Positions 25,261 through 34,741 of a stretch of 64,000 bases of DNA are shown piece after piece. Positions within the stretch are counted from its first letter, which is position 1; every line of letters begins with the position of its first letter. The notes below the pieces were generated by a model. That model had not been told where the DNA came from. It did not search any database and was given only the letters and a program-made list of their open reading frames with translations. Source of the DNA: a virus; IMG/VR virus record IMGVR_UViG_3300032285_001177. One strand, given 5' to 3'. The translations under genes and the position numbers were made by a program.

Positions 25261-26180
25261 GCTGACATCACCTCCGTAAGTGCAGCCATGAGGTTAAGTT
25301 CATGATCTGCAACGAACGCAGCCTTATACTGATAGTCAGCCAATATCAATACCAATTGAGGGATACTAGCTGGCTCCATGTTTGCAGAAGCTGTGTCGTA
25401 TAGTTGTCTAAATATATTTATAGTCTCTGAGTCTCCATTCTTTGCAACCCACTTACGAACCTCTGTGAAGTTCTTATCTTTCATGTTCTTAAGTAGTTCT
25501 TTGAATGAGTCCTCAGTCATATTGACAAGGATACCAGAGTCGATCTTACCTGATACAGAATAACGTTGCAGCTCGTTTAGTACACGACGCCAATCTGGAA
25601 AGTGTTTAGTTACTAGTTCTGCGACCACCTTCGGATCGAACTCAATGTTCTCGCCTTTTAAAATACCAGTGGTGCGTTTAAAGAATGAACCTGCGATCTC
25701 AGCCTTCTCAGTGTTCTCGATCTTGAAATCAACCACAGCACATCGACTATGGAGAGGTTCAATGATACGGTTCTTAAAGTTACATGTGAAGATGAAACGG
25801 CAGTTGTTTGAAAACTCTTCGATGAATGCCCGAAGTGCAGGCTGTGTAGAGTTTGGGTTTAGATAGTCAGCCTCGTCGAGGATGATGACTTTCTTTGCAT
25901 CTGTCAGTGAAACGGTTGAAGCGAATGATTTAATCTTAGTACGAAGGACGTCGATACCTGACTCCTCAGAACCGTTAATTAATAGATACTCAGCTCCAAT
26001 CTCGTTGCACAAGGCCTTTGCGACAGTGGTCTTACCTACACCCGCTGTACCGCAAAAGAGAAAGTTAGGCAGCTCACCCGTTTGGATGAACTGCTTAAAT
26101 GTTTCCTTTAAGTTCTTTGGTAAAATACATTCGTCTATCGTAGACGGACGATACTTCTCAACCCACAAATATTGATCCAT
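25245..26180 (-). CDS. 44: Clamp loader large subunit (gp44)
   Basis: WVEKYRP, GTAGVGKTT, DEAD, SRC. Confidence 0.95.
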   Translation of the reverse strand: MDQYLWVEKYRPSTIDECILPKNLKETFKQFIQTGELPNFLFCGTAGVGKTTVAKALCNEIGAEYLLINGSEESGIDVLRTKIKSFASTVSLTDAKKVIILDEADYLNPNSTQPALRAFIEEFSNNCRFIFTCNFKNRIIEPLHSRCAVVDFKIENTEKAEIAGSFFKRTTGILKGENIEFDPKVVAELVTKHFPDWRRVLNELQRYSVSGKIDSGILVNMTEDSFKELLKNMKDKNFTEVRKWVAKNGDSETINIFRQLYDTASANMEPASIPQLVLILADYQYKAAFVADHELNLMAALTEVMSACKMK

Positions 26181-26204
26181 GATAACTCCATAATATAATT
26201 AAGC

Positions 26205-26864
26205 TTACGCTTCAAATGTTGAATCTGCTTCAATCGCTACATAATACACTAGATCACCTGCGCCTTTAAAGCGTGAGATCTTTTTAGATGAGATGGATAC
26301 ATCATAATCACCTGGTACCATCTTAAGGTTCTCGATCTTGAGGTTGACCTTAAACACCGATGTTGTCGTACCTAAGGTATAAGTGTATGCATTAGATGTT
26401 GCATTCTTTTTATCACCAACCACGACCGTGATTGTAGAGCCATCACCTAACAATGCTACATCAGTAGACTTAAGGATAGGTGCAGTCTTGAGGATCATAG
26501 CTAAGACAGATGCTTCAAGCTTAAAGTTGATCTCTGCATCTGGGAATATGATCTCTTTCTTAGGCACAACGATAGAGTTAGGTGCTGCAGCAAAGTATTT
26601 AATGCTGCTGTTACCTTGTTTGATAGTCACTGTCTTCTCAGAGAATTCCAGATCTGGATCCTCGAACAATGATAGTACAGCAAGGAACTCGTTCACATCA
26701 TAGATACCGAACTCATTAGGGAATGTCTCAGCAACTGTACATGATGATGCGATACAATTACTTACCGCGATTGTTGATAGCACACTACCTGGTTTAAATA
26801 ACAGGTTATTATTAATTGAGGCATAATTCTTAATTAAGCCTAGGGTTTCTTTACTTAGTTTCAT
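26205..26864 (-). CDS. 45: Sliding clamp (gp45)
   Basis: MKLSKETL..IKNYASIN, FGIYDVNEFL, YYVAIEADS. Confidence 0.93.
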   Translation of the reverse strand: MKLSKETLGLIKNYASINNNLLFKPGSVLSTIAVSNCIASSCTVAETFPNEFGIYDVNEFLAVLSLFEDPDLEFSEKTVTIKQGNSSIKYFAAAPNSIVVPKKEIIFPDAEINFKLEASVLAMILKTAPILKSTDVALLGDGSTITVVVGDKKNATSNAYTYTLGTTTSVFKVNLKIENLKMVPGDYDVSISSKKISRFKGAGDLVYYVAIEADSTFEA

Positions 26865-27282
26865 TATATTTTCCTTCATCAAGATCTAACATAAACATTA
26901 AACAACAAATCGCATGAGCTATATGATTGACTCCTGTTTCAGGATCATATATCTCACCTTCCTTATAAGCCCATAGGTGTCGCTGAGCTGCATCAAAATA
27001 GCGACGAGGACCATCTGGTACTCTGCGCCAATTATCTGGTTCATACTTCTCTGCACCAAATGTCAAGACTTTAACTGTCTCACGTAAAGCTAAAGGTGGA
27101 ACCAACCCATATTGGAGTTTTCCGCCATCGAACTTACGACCACTGGTACATGTTATACTTTGAGAATTAGTTAACTCGTTTTGCTTAGACCAAATGTCTT
27201 GCAATTCTTCTATTGTAGATTTGGTTATTTTGTTTTCCACAATCTTAATAGGTTTACCGTTACCTTTATTTAGTGTTACCAT
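26851..27282 (-). CDS. DUF5664 / dATP-dGTP diphosphohydrolase N-terminal-like protein
   Basis: GRKFDGGK, FGAEKY..DNW, RH, DPETG..HIAHA. Confidence 0.8.
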   Translation of the reverse strand: MVTLNKGNGKPIKIVENKITKSTIEELQDIWSKQNELTNSQSITCTSGRKFDGGKLQYGLVPPLALRETVKVLTFGAEKYEPDNWRRVPDGPRRYFDAAQRHLWAYKEGEIYDPETGVNHIAHAICCLMFMLDLDEGKYNETK

Positions 27283-27320
27283 CACGTCTCCTCTGTTTAA
27301 TACACTCACTTGAATATACT

Positions 27321-27346
27321 AAAGAGAGGAGGCATTGCGCCTCCTC
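27321..27346 (-). terminator. Hairpin terminator
   Basis: GAGGAGGC-GCAAT-GCCTCCTC-TCTTT. Confidence 0.65.
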
Positions 27347-27372
27347 GTGCTGACTTACTAGAGTTGATACTC

Positions 27373-27624
27373 TTAGAATGCTGAAGCACCTAATACTGCG
27401 TAAGCTGCAGCGATCATTTTACGTGAAGGTGTACCTAATGTGTAGCGAACTGTTGGTTCACCGTTCCACATTTTACCAGAGTTTGCATAAACTGCAAAAC
27501 CTTTCATACGTAATTGACGAACTGCTTCATGCGGGTTAGCAAGACCAAATCGTGCAGTGATTTGTTTAGCAGTTACTGTTTTACCTGATTTAAGGTATTT
27601 GATTAATGATGATGTTGCTGACAT
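27373..27624 (-). CDS. Winged helix-turn-helix DNA-binding protein
   Basis: TAKQITARFGLANPHEAVRQLRMKG; AAGGAG SD before MSATSS. Confidence 0.7.
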   Translation of the reverse strand: MSATSSLIKYLKSGKTVTAKQITARFGLANPHEAVRQLRMKGFAVYANSGKMWNGEPTVRYTLGTPSRKMIAAAYAVLGASAF

Positions 27625-27699
27625 ACTATTACTCCTTGAATATGCGACATTACGGGAAACACGGATAAGATCGTCGCTTGTCTTACCAGATACTGAACC

Positions 27700-27728
27700 A
27701 TTATACACCAAAGGTGAATTAAAGTTAA
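27700..27728 (-). promoter_or_regulatory. Early-type promoter (variant -35)
   Basis: TTAACT-17 bp-TATAAT with extended TG. Confidence 0.65.
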
Positions 27729-27765
27729 ATAATTTTTTGATTGTTTTTGTTATTGTCATAATATA

Positions 27766-28101
27766 TTACGGTTTTAAGCCGTATTCCTTGATCACGTTTT
27801 GTAAAAGAGGGGAAAACTTTGTTAAGTCAACCACTCGCTCGGTTTTTCCACTGAAATAATCTTCCAGTTCCTCCTCAGTGGGGAGAGGAAATTGATAAAC
27901 TCCTTTTGCTACTTTGTTTTCGGCTACTATAAGCCAGTTAGGATAACCTAACTTAGGACAACCAGCGTCTCGCTTGCTGACCATAACCTTATGATAGTCC
28001 TGCATCTCGGCCAATTCTATCGCTTCTCTGTCGTGATCGAAGCGGTTCATCACCTCGACCACATACATCTTTTGAGTAGGCTTTAATTCGGTAAATTTCA
28101 T
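27766..28101 (-). CDS. Hypothetical protein
   Basis: ATGA-coupled to the ATPase; PNWL...VAKGVY resembles the ATPase N-terminal PWF...VSRGVY segment. Confidence 0.6.
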   Translation of the reverse strand: MKFTELKPTQKMYVVEVMNRFDHDREAIELAEMQDYHKVMVSKRDAGCPKLGYPNWLIVAENKVAKGVYQFPLPTEEELEDYFSGKTERVVDLTKFSPLLQNVIKEYGLKP

Positions 28102-29303
28102 GGTGTTACCGTTTGACCTGCTGTTGCAATATTATAAGCATCAGTTATAGTTTCAGGAACCTCGATCGATGGTGTTGCTTCGTCAATAACCACAGCTTCT
28201 TCGGCTGCAGGGTTTGAGATCTTATCGAACACATCCATGAATGCAGCTTTGGTTTGTGGATCGAAACGATTGCAGCATAACTCGATTGCTTTCTCTTTCT
28301 TTTTGAAGATTGAGAATGCTCGTACGATGTGAGTCATACGACGTGTTGTGATTGTTTCGTCTACACCACCGTCTTCGAATGTACGACGGATTGCATCGGC
28401 CCATTTTACCAATGTGTCTGCAAATTCTTGATCTTCGCAACCATAGTGCTTCATAAGGTTCTCAATGATCTTAGCTTCTACGCGAGCATTAGGATATTCT
28501 TGTTCGAATGTCACTGCAAAACGCTCGAGGAAAGCTTCGTTAAGTACGTTTGTACCGATGTATCGACCATCGTCTGAACCTTTACCTTTCGTGTTAGCTG
28601 TAGCAATGATGTTAAAGCCAGCAGCTGGAACGATAACCTCGTTCTTAAGCTTGAAGTAATAAGGCTTGCCTTCGAGGATCGGCTGTAAACACAAGAGAGT
28701 GTTAGCGGATCCGGCATCGACTTCGTCAAGCAATAATGTGTAACCATTACGCATCGCGATCAGCACAGGGCCTTCCACGATCTCCACGTTACCATCGATA
28801 AGTGTCTTAGCACCGATCAGCTGCTCCTCGTCAGACATCATGTTAAGGTTAACACGAATGAGTGGCTTACTGAACTTAGCACAGATCTGCTCGATCATTG
28901 TAGATTTGCCGTTACCCGTAGGGCCGGAAATATAAGATGGATAGAATAATCCAGCTTTAATGATTTGCTCGAGATCCGAGTAATTGCCAAATGGTACATA
29001 GTTAGGATCCTTGGCTGGGATCAATGTTTCAGGCTTATCAAAGTTCACGATAGCTGCGCTTTCAGTTTTAGTCGGTGTTACCACAGACAAGATTGGTTTA
29101 GGGATAACTGTAGGCACCTTGACGTTATAAACACCGCGTGATACCTGACCTGCGATCATGAACCATGGCATGGTATCATAACCTAAAGAATTTACCACAG
29201 CCATGAGGTCGGTCTTGCTGATCTCAGGGTTGCTAGCCAGACTTGGATAAGTCTCAAATAGCTTAGCTTGTAGTTCTGTTTTTTGTTCACTTTTATATCT
29301 CAT
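28098..29303 (-). CDS. MoxR/CobS-like AAA+ ATPase
   Basis: GPTGNGKS, LLDEVD, ATANTKG, LNEAFLERF. Confidence 0.9.
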   Translation of the reverse strand: MRYKSEQKTELQAKLFETYPSLASNPEISKTDLMAVVNSLGYDTMPWFMIAGQVSRGVYNVKVPTVIPKPILSVVTPTKTESAAIVNFDKPETLIPAKDPNYVPFGNYSDLEQIIKAGLFYPSYISGPTGNGKSTMIEQICAKFSKPLIRVNLNMMSDEEQLIGAKTLIDGNVEIVEGPVLIAMRNGYTLLLDEVDAGSANTLLCLQPILEGKPYYFKLKNEVIVPAAGFNIIATANTKGKGSDDGRYIGTNVLNEAFLERFAVTFEQEYPNARVEAKIIENLMKHYGCEDQEFADTLVKWADAIRRTFEDGGVDETITTRRMTHIVRAFSIFKKKEKAIELCCNRFDPQTKAAFMDVFDKISNPAAEEAVVIDEATPSIEVPETITDAYNIATAGQTVTP

Positions 29304-29319
29304 AATATACTCTCCGTCT

Positions 29320-29412
29320 CAATTAATATAACCATTATATCCTGAATTGCATTTAATGTACATAGGCCCTAACTTATTGATTTGTATAGGCCTTTTATGT
29401 AAGTTATTGATT
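29320..29412. repeat. Promoter plus twin IHF-site cassette, copy 1 of a ~93-bp imperfect direct repeat
   Basis: Promoter 29334-29362 (TGTACA-17-TATAAT); exact WATCAANNNNTTR at 29370-29382 and 29400-29412. Confidence 0.8.
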
Positions 29413-29415
29413 TCA

Positions 29416-31545
29416 TTAGGCAATTAAACCTACAAAAGAATTCAATAATATGCGACTAGTCTTCTTATTTGAAAGCTTCTTGGTCAGCTCCCGGGCGATC
29501 CTGGATGCGCTTTCCCCCTTGGATATAGTAAGCTCTGACTCATCCTCAATCTTAGTCCTGGATTCAGCTATGACGAACAATTCGTCCCGGCCAGTATCAG
29601 ACATTGTAGCATAGCCGTTCTTACGCATCTCCTTCTTCATATTTTCAATCGCATACATAGACACATGTGAACCGTGGCCGTAGTGAGCTACGAATGCATT
29701 GTGTAGGTAACGATATGTAGGACGAGTGATGTAGAAGCCTACGGTTGTGATCTGATGTCTACCTTTAATCATCTGTAAGAGTGACTTAGTTTGCTCAGCA
29801 CTCTCAGACATCGGGTAGTTCTTACGTGTTACCGTATCAGATAAGAATGGCTTAACAGTGATATAAGCTTTATAATCAGCTGTCGATTGGCGGCGCATCC
29901 TAATTTGATCTACACCAGTTCTTAAGAATTCACCTTCACCATCAGATAGCGTGATGAGTGTCATCTTTTCTGCACCGTTCTTACTCTTAAATTCTGGGAT
30001 ATAGTTGTATAACCATGCTAATGCTGCATTAAGTGGTGTACCAGAGGTTTTAAGGTTACCTATATGATGGAACCAACGTGATAAGCTTAATGTCACCATC
30101 TTATTGAATTCTGATTGAGTCATCTTAGATGAGAATAACTCAAGCATAGCAAGACCATAGATATCAACTTCGCTATCACTAGCCACGATCTTACGAGTGC
30201 CGTCTTCGTTTCTGTAACGACGATCAGACCAACCATTTGAGAATGCAAATACTTGGAATGGGATCTGAGCACCTCGACAAAACATTGCTAATGAGATAAC
30301 TTGTTCGATCGTTGGTTTTAACACATGATCCATTGAAGCTGACCAGTCAAGTAAGAAGATCATGCCATGGTTTTTACCGTTAGGGATAGACATCACTTGT
30401 TTGAAGATGTCATCGTTTAACTTATAAGCATATAGCTTCTTACCGTCTAATGAACCAGTTTTGCCGATCTTAGCACGTTTATAGTTTTGTGCTGACTTAC
30501 GCATCTCGAATTCTTTAACTAAGTAGCTAACAACGTTCTTAGATGATGCTTTAAACTTATCAGCATCTTCGATGGCTGTGTCTGATAGCAGACCGTCACC
30601 CCCGTTATTCTTATAATTATCATCACATGTCGCGAACTCTTCAAATACTTCCTTGTATGTAACTAAAGGACTTACTGGAAACTGTTTAGGGATAGTGACG
30701 TACTTGTATTCGATTGAAGTATCAGCTAACTCTTCGATCTTGTTTTTTAGGTTCTTTTCTGTTTGTGACTCTAACTGATCTTCGAGGCTGTCTTCAAGGT
30801 CTTGTAAAGTATCTTGACTTGGTGAAGGCTGCTGGTTTTGTTCGGTGTCATCTGAGTCATCAGCTTCTTCTTCGTCACCAGATACTTCTTCAAAGTCTTG
30901 ATCTTGAGGTTGATTATCTGGTTCCTCTTCTTCGTCTTCTTCAAACTCGTGATCGTCTGACTGTGCTTTCATCTCTTCAAGCTTGTCTTCCATAGCTTTC
31001 TTAGAATAGTCATAGATCTCTTTAGCTAGTGTGATAACGTCGTCACATGTTTCAGTCTCTTCAGCACGACGAACAAATGCTTTCTCTTCAGGTGTAAACT
31101 CTACACCGCAAGCATAACCAGCTTTAAAATATAGGTTGATCTTGTCGATCAATAACATATCCTTAAAGTTACCGTTTGCGATACCAAAGAAGTCGCGCGT
31201 GTTTAATTCTTTATATCCTGCGTTGAATGACTTACGCAAACCAGGATAACGACGCTTCATTAGTTTTTCGATACGTACGTCTTCGAGCACGTTCATGTAA
31301 CCAGAGAAGTGCGCTAGGTCTTTATAAGGGTTTTTAGTTGAATACTCTTCAAGAGTAGTGTAAAGTGCGTGACCTACTTCATGACCAACTAACATATCTA
31401 AAAGATCGTCAGTCATGTCCTTCCATTGTGGAAGTCTTAGGACACGATTTTTGATGTCAAACGAGGCAGTTCTTACAGCCCCCTGGATAACAGTAAGGTT
31501 TTCGTTTGCTAATAATTTTGCTACTAAGTCTGTTTTGCTATTCAT
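29416..31545 (-). CDS. Metallopeptidase-motif / vWA-domain (CobT-like) partner of the AAA ATPase
   Basis: HEVGH zinc motif, acidic linker, LLDWSASM MIDAS, GTPL, LSDGE. Confidence 0.85.
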   Translation of the reverse strand: MNSKTDLVAKLLANENLTVIQGAVRTASFDIKNRVLRLPQWKDMTDDLLDMLVGHEVGHALYTTLEEYSTKNPYKDLAHFSGYMNVLEDVRIEKLMKRRYPGLRKSFNAGYKELNTRDFFGIANGNFKDMLLIDKINLYFKAGYACGVEFTPEEKAFVRRAEETETCDDVITLAKEIYDYSKKAMEDKLEEMKAQSDDHEFEEDEEEEPDNQPQDQDFEEVSGDEEEADDSDDTEQNQQPSPSQDTLQDLEDSLEDQLESQTEKNLKNKIEELADTSIEYKYVTIPKQFPVSPLVTYKEVFEEFATCDDNYKNNGGDGLLSDTAIEDADKFKASSKNVVSYLVKEFEMRKSAQNYKRAKIGKTGSLDGKKLYAYKLNDDIFKQVMSIPNGKNHGMIFLLDWSASMDHVLKPTIEQVISLAMFCRGAQIPFQVFAFSNGWSDRRYRNEDGTRKIVASDSEVDIYGLAMLELFSSKMTQSEFNKMVTLSLSRWFHHIGNLKTSGTPLNAALAWLYNYIPEFKSKNGAEKMTLITLSDGEGEFLRTGVDQIRMRRQSTADYKAYITVKPFLSDTVTRKNYPMSESAEQTKSLLQMIKGRHQITTVGFYITRPTYRYLHNAFVAHYGHGSHVSMYAIENMKKEMRKNGYATMSDTGRDELFVIAESRTKIEDESELTISKGESASRIARELTKKLSNKKTSRILLNSFVGLIA

Positions 31546-31554
31546 CAATCTCTC

Positions 31555-31647
31555 CAATTAATATAACCATTATACCCTAATTTGTATTTAATGTACATAG
31601 GCCCTAAGTTATTGATTTGTATAGGATTATTATATAAGTTATTGATT
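31555..31647. repeat. Promoter plus twin IHF-site cassette, copy 2
   Basis: Promoter 31569-31597; AATCAATAACTTA at 31605-31617 and 31635-31647. Confidence 0.8.
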
Positions 31648-31798
31648 ATATTGGATTTACTTCATGTAAGGTTATTTGCTGTTTGGTGAGCTCTGGGTGA
31701 GCTTGGACGAATGAGTTTAATAGTTCTATTGAAGTAAATAATTCAATGAATTGGTGGTTAGTTTCTGTGATAGTTGCATGTAATATATAAATGTTCAT
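31646..31798 (-). CDS. 50-aa hypothetical early protein
   Basis: MNIYILHATITETNHQFIELF...; GAGGAGA SD; own promoter. Confidence 0.55.
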   Translation of the reverse strand: MNIYILHATITETNHQFIELFTSIELLNSFVQAHPELTKQQITLHEVNPI

Positions 31799-31817
31799 TT
31801 TCTCTCCTCAAAGAATC

Positions 31818-31926
31818 ATTATACCCTGATTCCTATTTAATGTACATAGGTATAGGTGTCACGCAGGACCAGGGATCCGGGGTACCAGCATATAACCATT
31901 ATGCCACAAATAAGGATTAATGTACA
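31818..31926 (-). promoter_or_regulatory. Two tandem early-type promoters
   Basis: TGTACA-17-TATAAT (31818-31846) and TGTACA-17-CATAAT (31898-31926). Confidence 0.75.
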
Positions 31927-31970
31927 TAGGCCAGTTTAAAAATAAACCCACAAATCAACCAATGGTTGAC

Positions 31971-33689
31971 CTATGAGTTGGTAATTAAACTGGAGAAGTC
32001 GTTGGTCTTTTCAAAGCGGATGTTATTCTTAAACTTATCAAGAAGCACGTCGCCTTTATGGGATATAACGAACACATTGGTGTTTTCGCCCAACGTATCC
32101 ATTACGGATAGGAAGTAATCAGTACCAGCCACATCAAGACTAGAGTCGAAGATCTCGTCTAGTAATAACAAGTTGGTGTTCACTGAGTTCTTCATCTTAG
32201 CGATCTGACGCCAAGTGAATAGGATTGCCAAGTCGATACGCATCTTCTCACCTTCTGAGAACGAAGCATACGTGAACTCATCTCTGAACCTAGATTTGAT
32301 AGACTCATTGAACGATTCATCAAGCTCGAACTTAACGAAGAAGTCCATTGCGGATAGATACATGTTGATTAGCTTGTTCATTGCTGGTAGGTATTCGCGG
32401 ATGATCGTGGTCTTGATACCAGTATCCTTAAGCAATACGCCTGCGATCTCTTGTAGTTGTTTCTCTTTAACCAATTCCATCTTTACTTCATTCTTTGCTA
32501 ACGCATCATTAGCTAGCAACTTGATCTTATCTTTCTCTGCATCGATGTCACCTTGTACAGATAACTCGTTGATCTCTTTCTCAAGTTGTTGGTTTGCTTT
32601 GATAAGCATGTTCATAGCATTGATCTCTGTAGAGATAGAGATGTTCTTATCTTGGATTTGGTTTAAGATATCTTGTTTCTGCTGCAGATCTGCACTCAAC
32701 TTAGTATAAGCAGAGTTAAGTGTATCCATGTTATCAGTAATTTGTTTCTTATTACTTGATATCTTTTGAATGATCTTATCTTTATGGTCGTGTTGGATGC
32801 CTTGCTCACATGATGGACACGTCTCGTTACTTGTAAAGAACTCGATATGCTCATCAACTTGTGTAAGCTTTTGTGATAGCTTATTCATGTTTGACTTACA
32901 CATTTCAATATTCTTATCTACTTCGGCTTTCTCATGTAGTTGTGTATTGAGTGCCTCTACATCTTTGTTAAGTAGATCCACAAGCTGCGTCTTATCGTTT
33001 ATCTCAATGATGTTAGCATCGATCTTATCTCGTAACACCTTAACGTTTTGATCTTTAGAGTTTTGTAATGAATCGATTAAACTCTTTTGAGCTTTAGCTT
33101 GTTCAGTGATGATACGGATCTCAGTCTCTATAGCTGATAGACCTTCTTTATTCTCAGCGATCTTCTCTTTGAGGATCGTATTCATAGTGGAGAATACCTT
33201 GATGTCAAGGATATCTTCGATGACTTCACGGCGTTGCCACACGGGTAACTGCATGAACGGTACAAAGGAAGCAGATCCTAATATCACTACCTGGGTGAAG
33301 GTTTTATAATTAAGTTTTAGGATCTGCTGTTCGAGGACTTTTTGATAATCTTTTACGGCTGCATCTTGATTGATGATGGTTCCGTTCTGATATATCTCAA
33401 AGATATTAGGTTTGACACCACGCACGACTCTATACTCTGTAGGACCAATAGCAAACTCTATCTCAACGACACAGTTCTTTTGGTTAATAGAGTTGACGAG
33501 TTGGTTCTTGTTGATGTCTCGAAATGGTTTATTGAACAGAGAGAAGGTAAGTGCATCAAGGATAGTGGACTTACCTTCTCCGTTCTTCCCAACTATTAAG
33601 GTTGTTGGGTGACCGTTGAGCTCTACTTTATTTGGAACATTGCCAGTTGATAGAAAGTTTTTCCAACTGACAGACTTAAATATAATCAA
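31971..33689 (-). CDS. 46: Rad50/SbcC-like recombination ATPase (gp46)
   Basis: GKNGEGKS, CPSC hook, FSEGE, LLDEIFD. Confidence 0.95.
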   Translation of the reverse strand: MIIFKSVSWKNFLSTGNVPNKVELNGHPTTLIVGKNGEGKSTILDALTFSLFNKPFRDINKNQLVNSINQKNCVVEIEFAIGPTEYRVVRGVKPNIFEIYQNGTIINQDAAVKDYQKVLEQQILKLNYKTFTQVVILGSASFVPFMQLPVWQRREVIEDILDIKVFSTMNTILKEKIAENKEGLSAIETEIRIITEQAKAQKSLIDSLQNSKDQNVKVLRDKIDANIIEINDKTQLVDLLNKDVEALNTQLHEKAEVDKNIEMCKSNMNKLSQKLTQVDEHIEFFTSNETCPSCEQGIQHDHKDKIIQKISSNKKQITDNMDTLNSAYTKLSADLQQKQDILNQIQDKNISISTEINAMNMLIKANQQLEKEINELSVQGDIDAEKDKIKLLANDALAKNEVKMELVKEKQLQEIAGVLLKDTGIKTTIIREYLPAMNKLINMYLSAMDFFVKFELDESFNESIKSRFRDEFTYASFSEGEKMRIDLAILFTWRQIAKMKNSVNTNLLLLDEIFDSSLDVAGTDYFLSVMDTLGENTNVFVISHKGDVLLDKFKNNIRFEKTNDFSSLITNS

Positions 33690-34741
33690 ACAACCTCCTG
33701 GTTTATTGCTTCAAGATATAACCCTTTTACAAAGGTTTTAATAGATTCTTTATCTCCTTCCGTTTGGACGGAATCAATATAATTACCAAGAATACTAAGA
33801 GTATCCTCGAGATTAATTTCAGCATCGATGGTCCCTTCATTGAACTCCGAGAGGTCTTCGATAATTTTAACTTCATATGGTTCTTGTTCGTACATCAAGT
33901 TAACGAAGCGATCAAACTTATATAAGTCTGTCTTGTTTACTACAACTAACTTGACGTATTTGTCCTTTATTGTTATTGTATTTGGATCTAATGGTTCTTG
34001 ATCTTTGTCATTGTAAAGTATTTTCTCATGTATTGTAAATGGATTCTGAATGAATTGTAAAGATCTTGATTCAGTATCAAATATAGAAAATCCTTTTGGA
34101 TCATCTGCATCTTGCCATGTCATCTCATACGGTGTGCCCACATACTCAATGTTTTCAGCCTTAGAACGTGTATGATAATGACCTGACCATACACGTTCAT
34201 ACTTTGCAAACATATCATGTGATAGGCCTTCTTCAGAATGCATACCGCGATACATCGGGAATCCAGCAATCTCAAAGTGGCCAGCACAGATATCAGACTT
34301 ACTATTATCTATGAAGTCGAATACTTCTTTCTCATTCTCTTTACAGATCCATGGAATAAGATCAAATGTAGTACCATCAATATCTATTGTACTGGGTTTG
34401 TCAATTAAAGTAAAATTATATTCACCTAAGATAGAACCTGTTGAGGATACCGCAAGCGATTCTTTCCAAAAGATATCGTGGTTACCTAATAAGGTATAGA
34501 ACTTGATTGGTCTTTTCTTTAGTTCATCAAAGAAGTACTTCTTACATTCAACTAGTGTGTTGAAGTTGATAAACTTGCGACGATCAAATAGGTCGCCAAG
34601 TTGGATGAGATGTTCGATCTTATGTTCATCAAGGTATGGGAAGAATACTTCATCATAGAACTTCTTCATGTATGCATGGAACTTTAACGAGTCTCCACGT
34701 GCACCAAAATGGGTATCACCTAATATTGCTATCTTAGTCAT
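33686..34741 (-). CDS. 47: Mre11/SbcD-like nuclease (gp47)
   Basis: DTHFG, GDLFD, GNHD, SGHYH. Confidence 0.95.
   Translation of the reverse strand: MTKIAILGDTHFGARGDSLKFHAYMKKFYDEVFFPYLDEHKIEHLIQLGDLFDRRKFINFNTLVECKKYFFDELKKRPIKFYTLLGNHDIFWKESLAVSSTGSILGEYNFTLIDKPSTIDIDGTTFDLIPWICKENEKEVFDFIDNSKSDICAGHFEIAGFPMYRGMHSEEGLSHDMFAKYERVWSGHYHTRSKAENIEYVGTPYEMTWQDADDPKGFSIFDTESRSLQFIQNPFTIHEKILYNDKDQEPLDPNTITIKDKYVKLVVVNKTDLYKFDRFVNLMYEQEPYEVKIIEDLSEFNEGTIDAEINLEDTLSILGNYIDSVQTEGDKESIKTFVKGLYLEAINQEVV

Noticed and set aside
27625-27759. N-terminal extension of the wHTH ORF given in the track
   Set aside because: It contains a promoter and a strong SD before the ATG at 27624.
28098-31545. Cobalamin chelatase CobS/CobT as metabolic genes
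   Set aside because: No CobN or other cob genes, and the partner has a HExxH motif. A generic MoxR-type ATPase/vWA pair is the safer call.
31646-31798. Possible frameshifted pseudogene
   Set aside because: Re-reading gives an intact 50-codon ORF.
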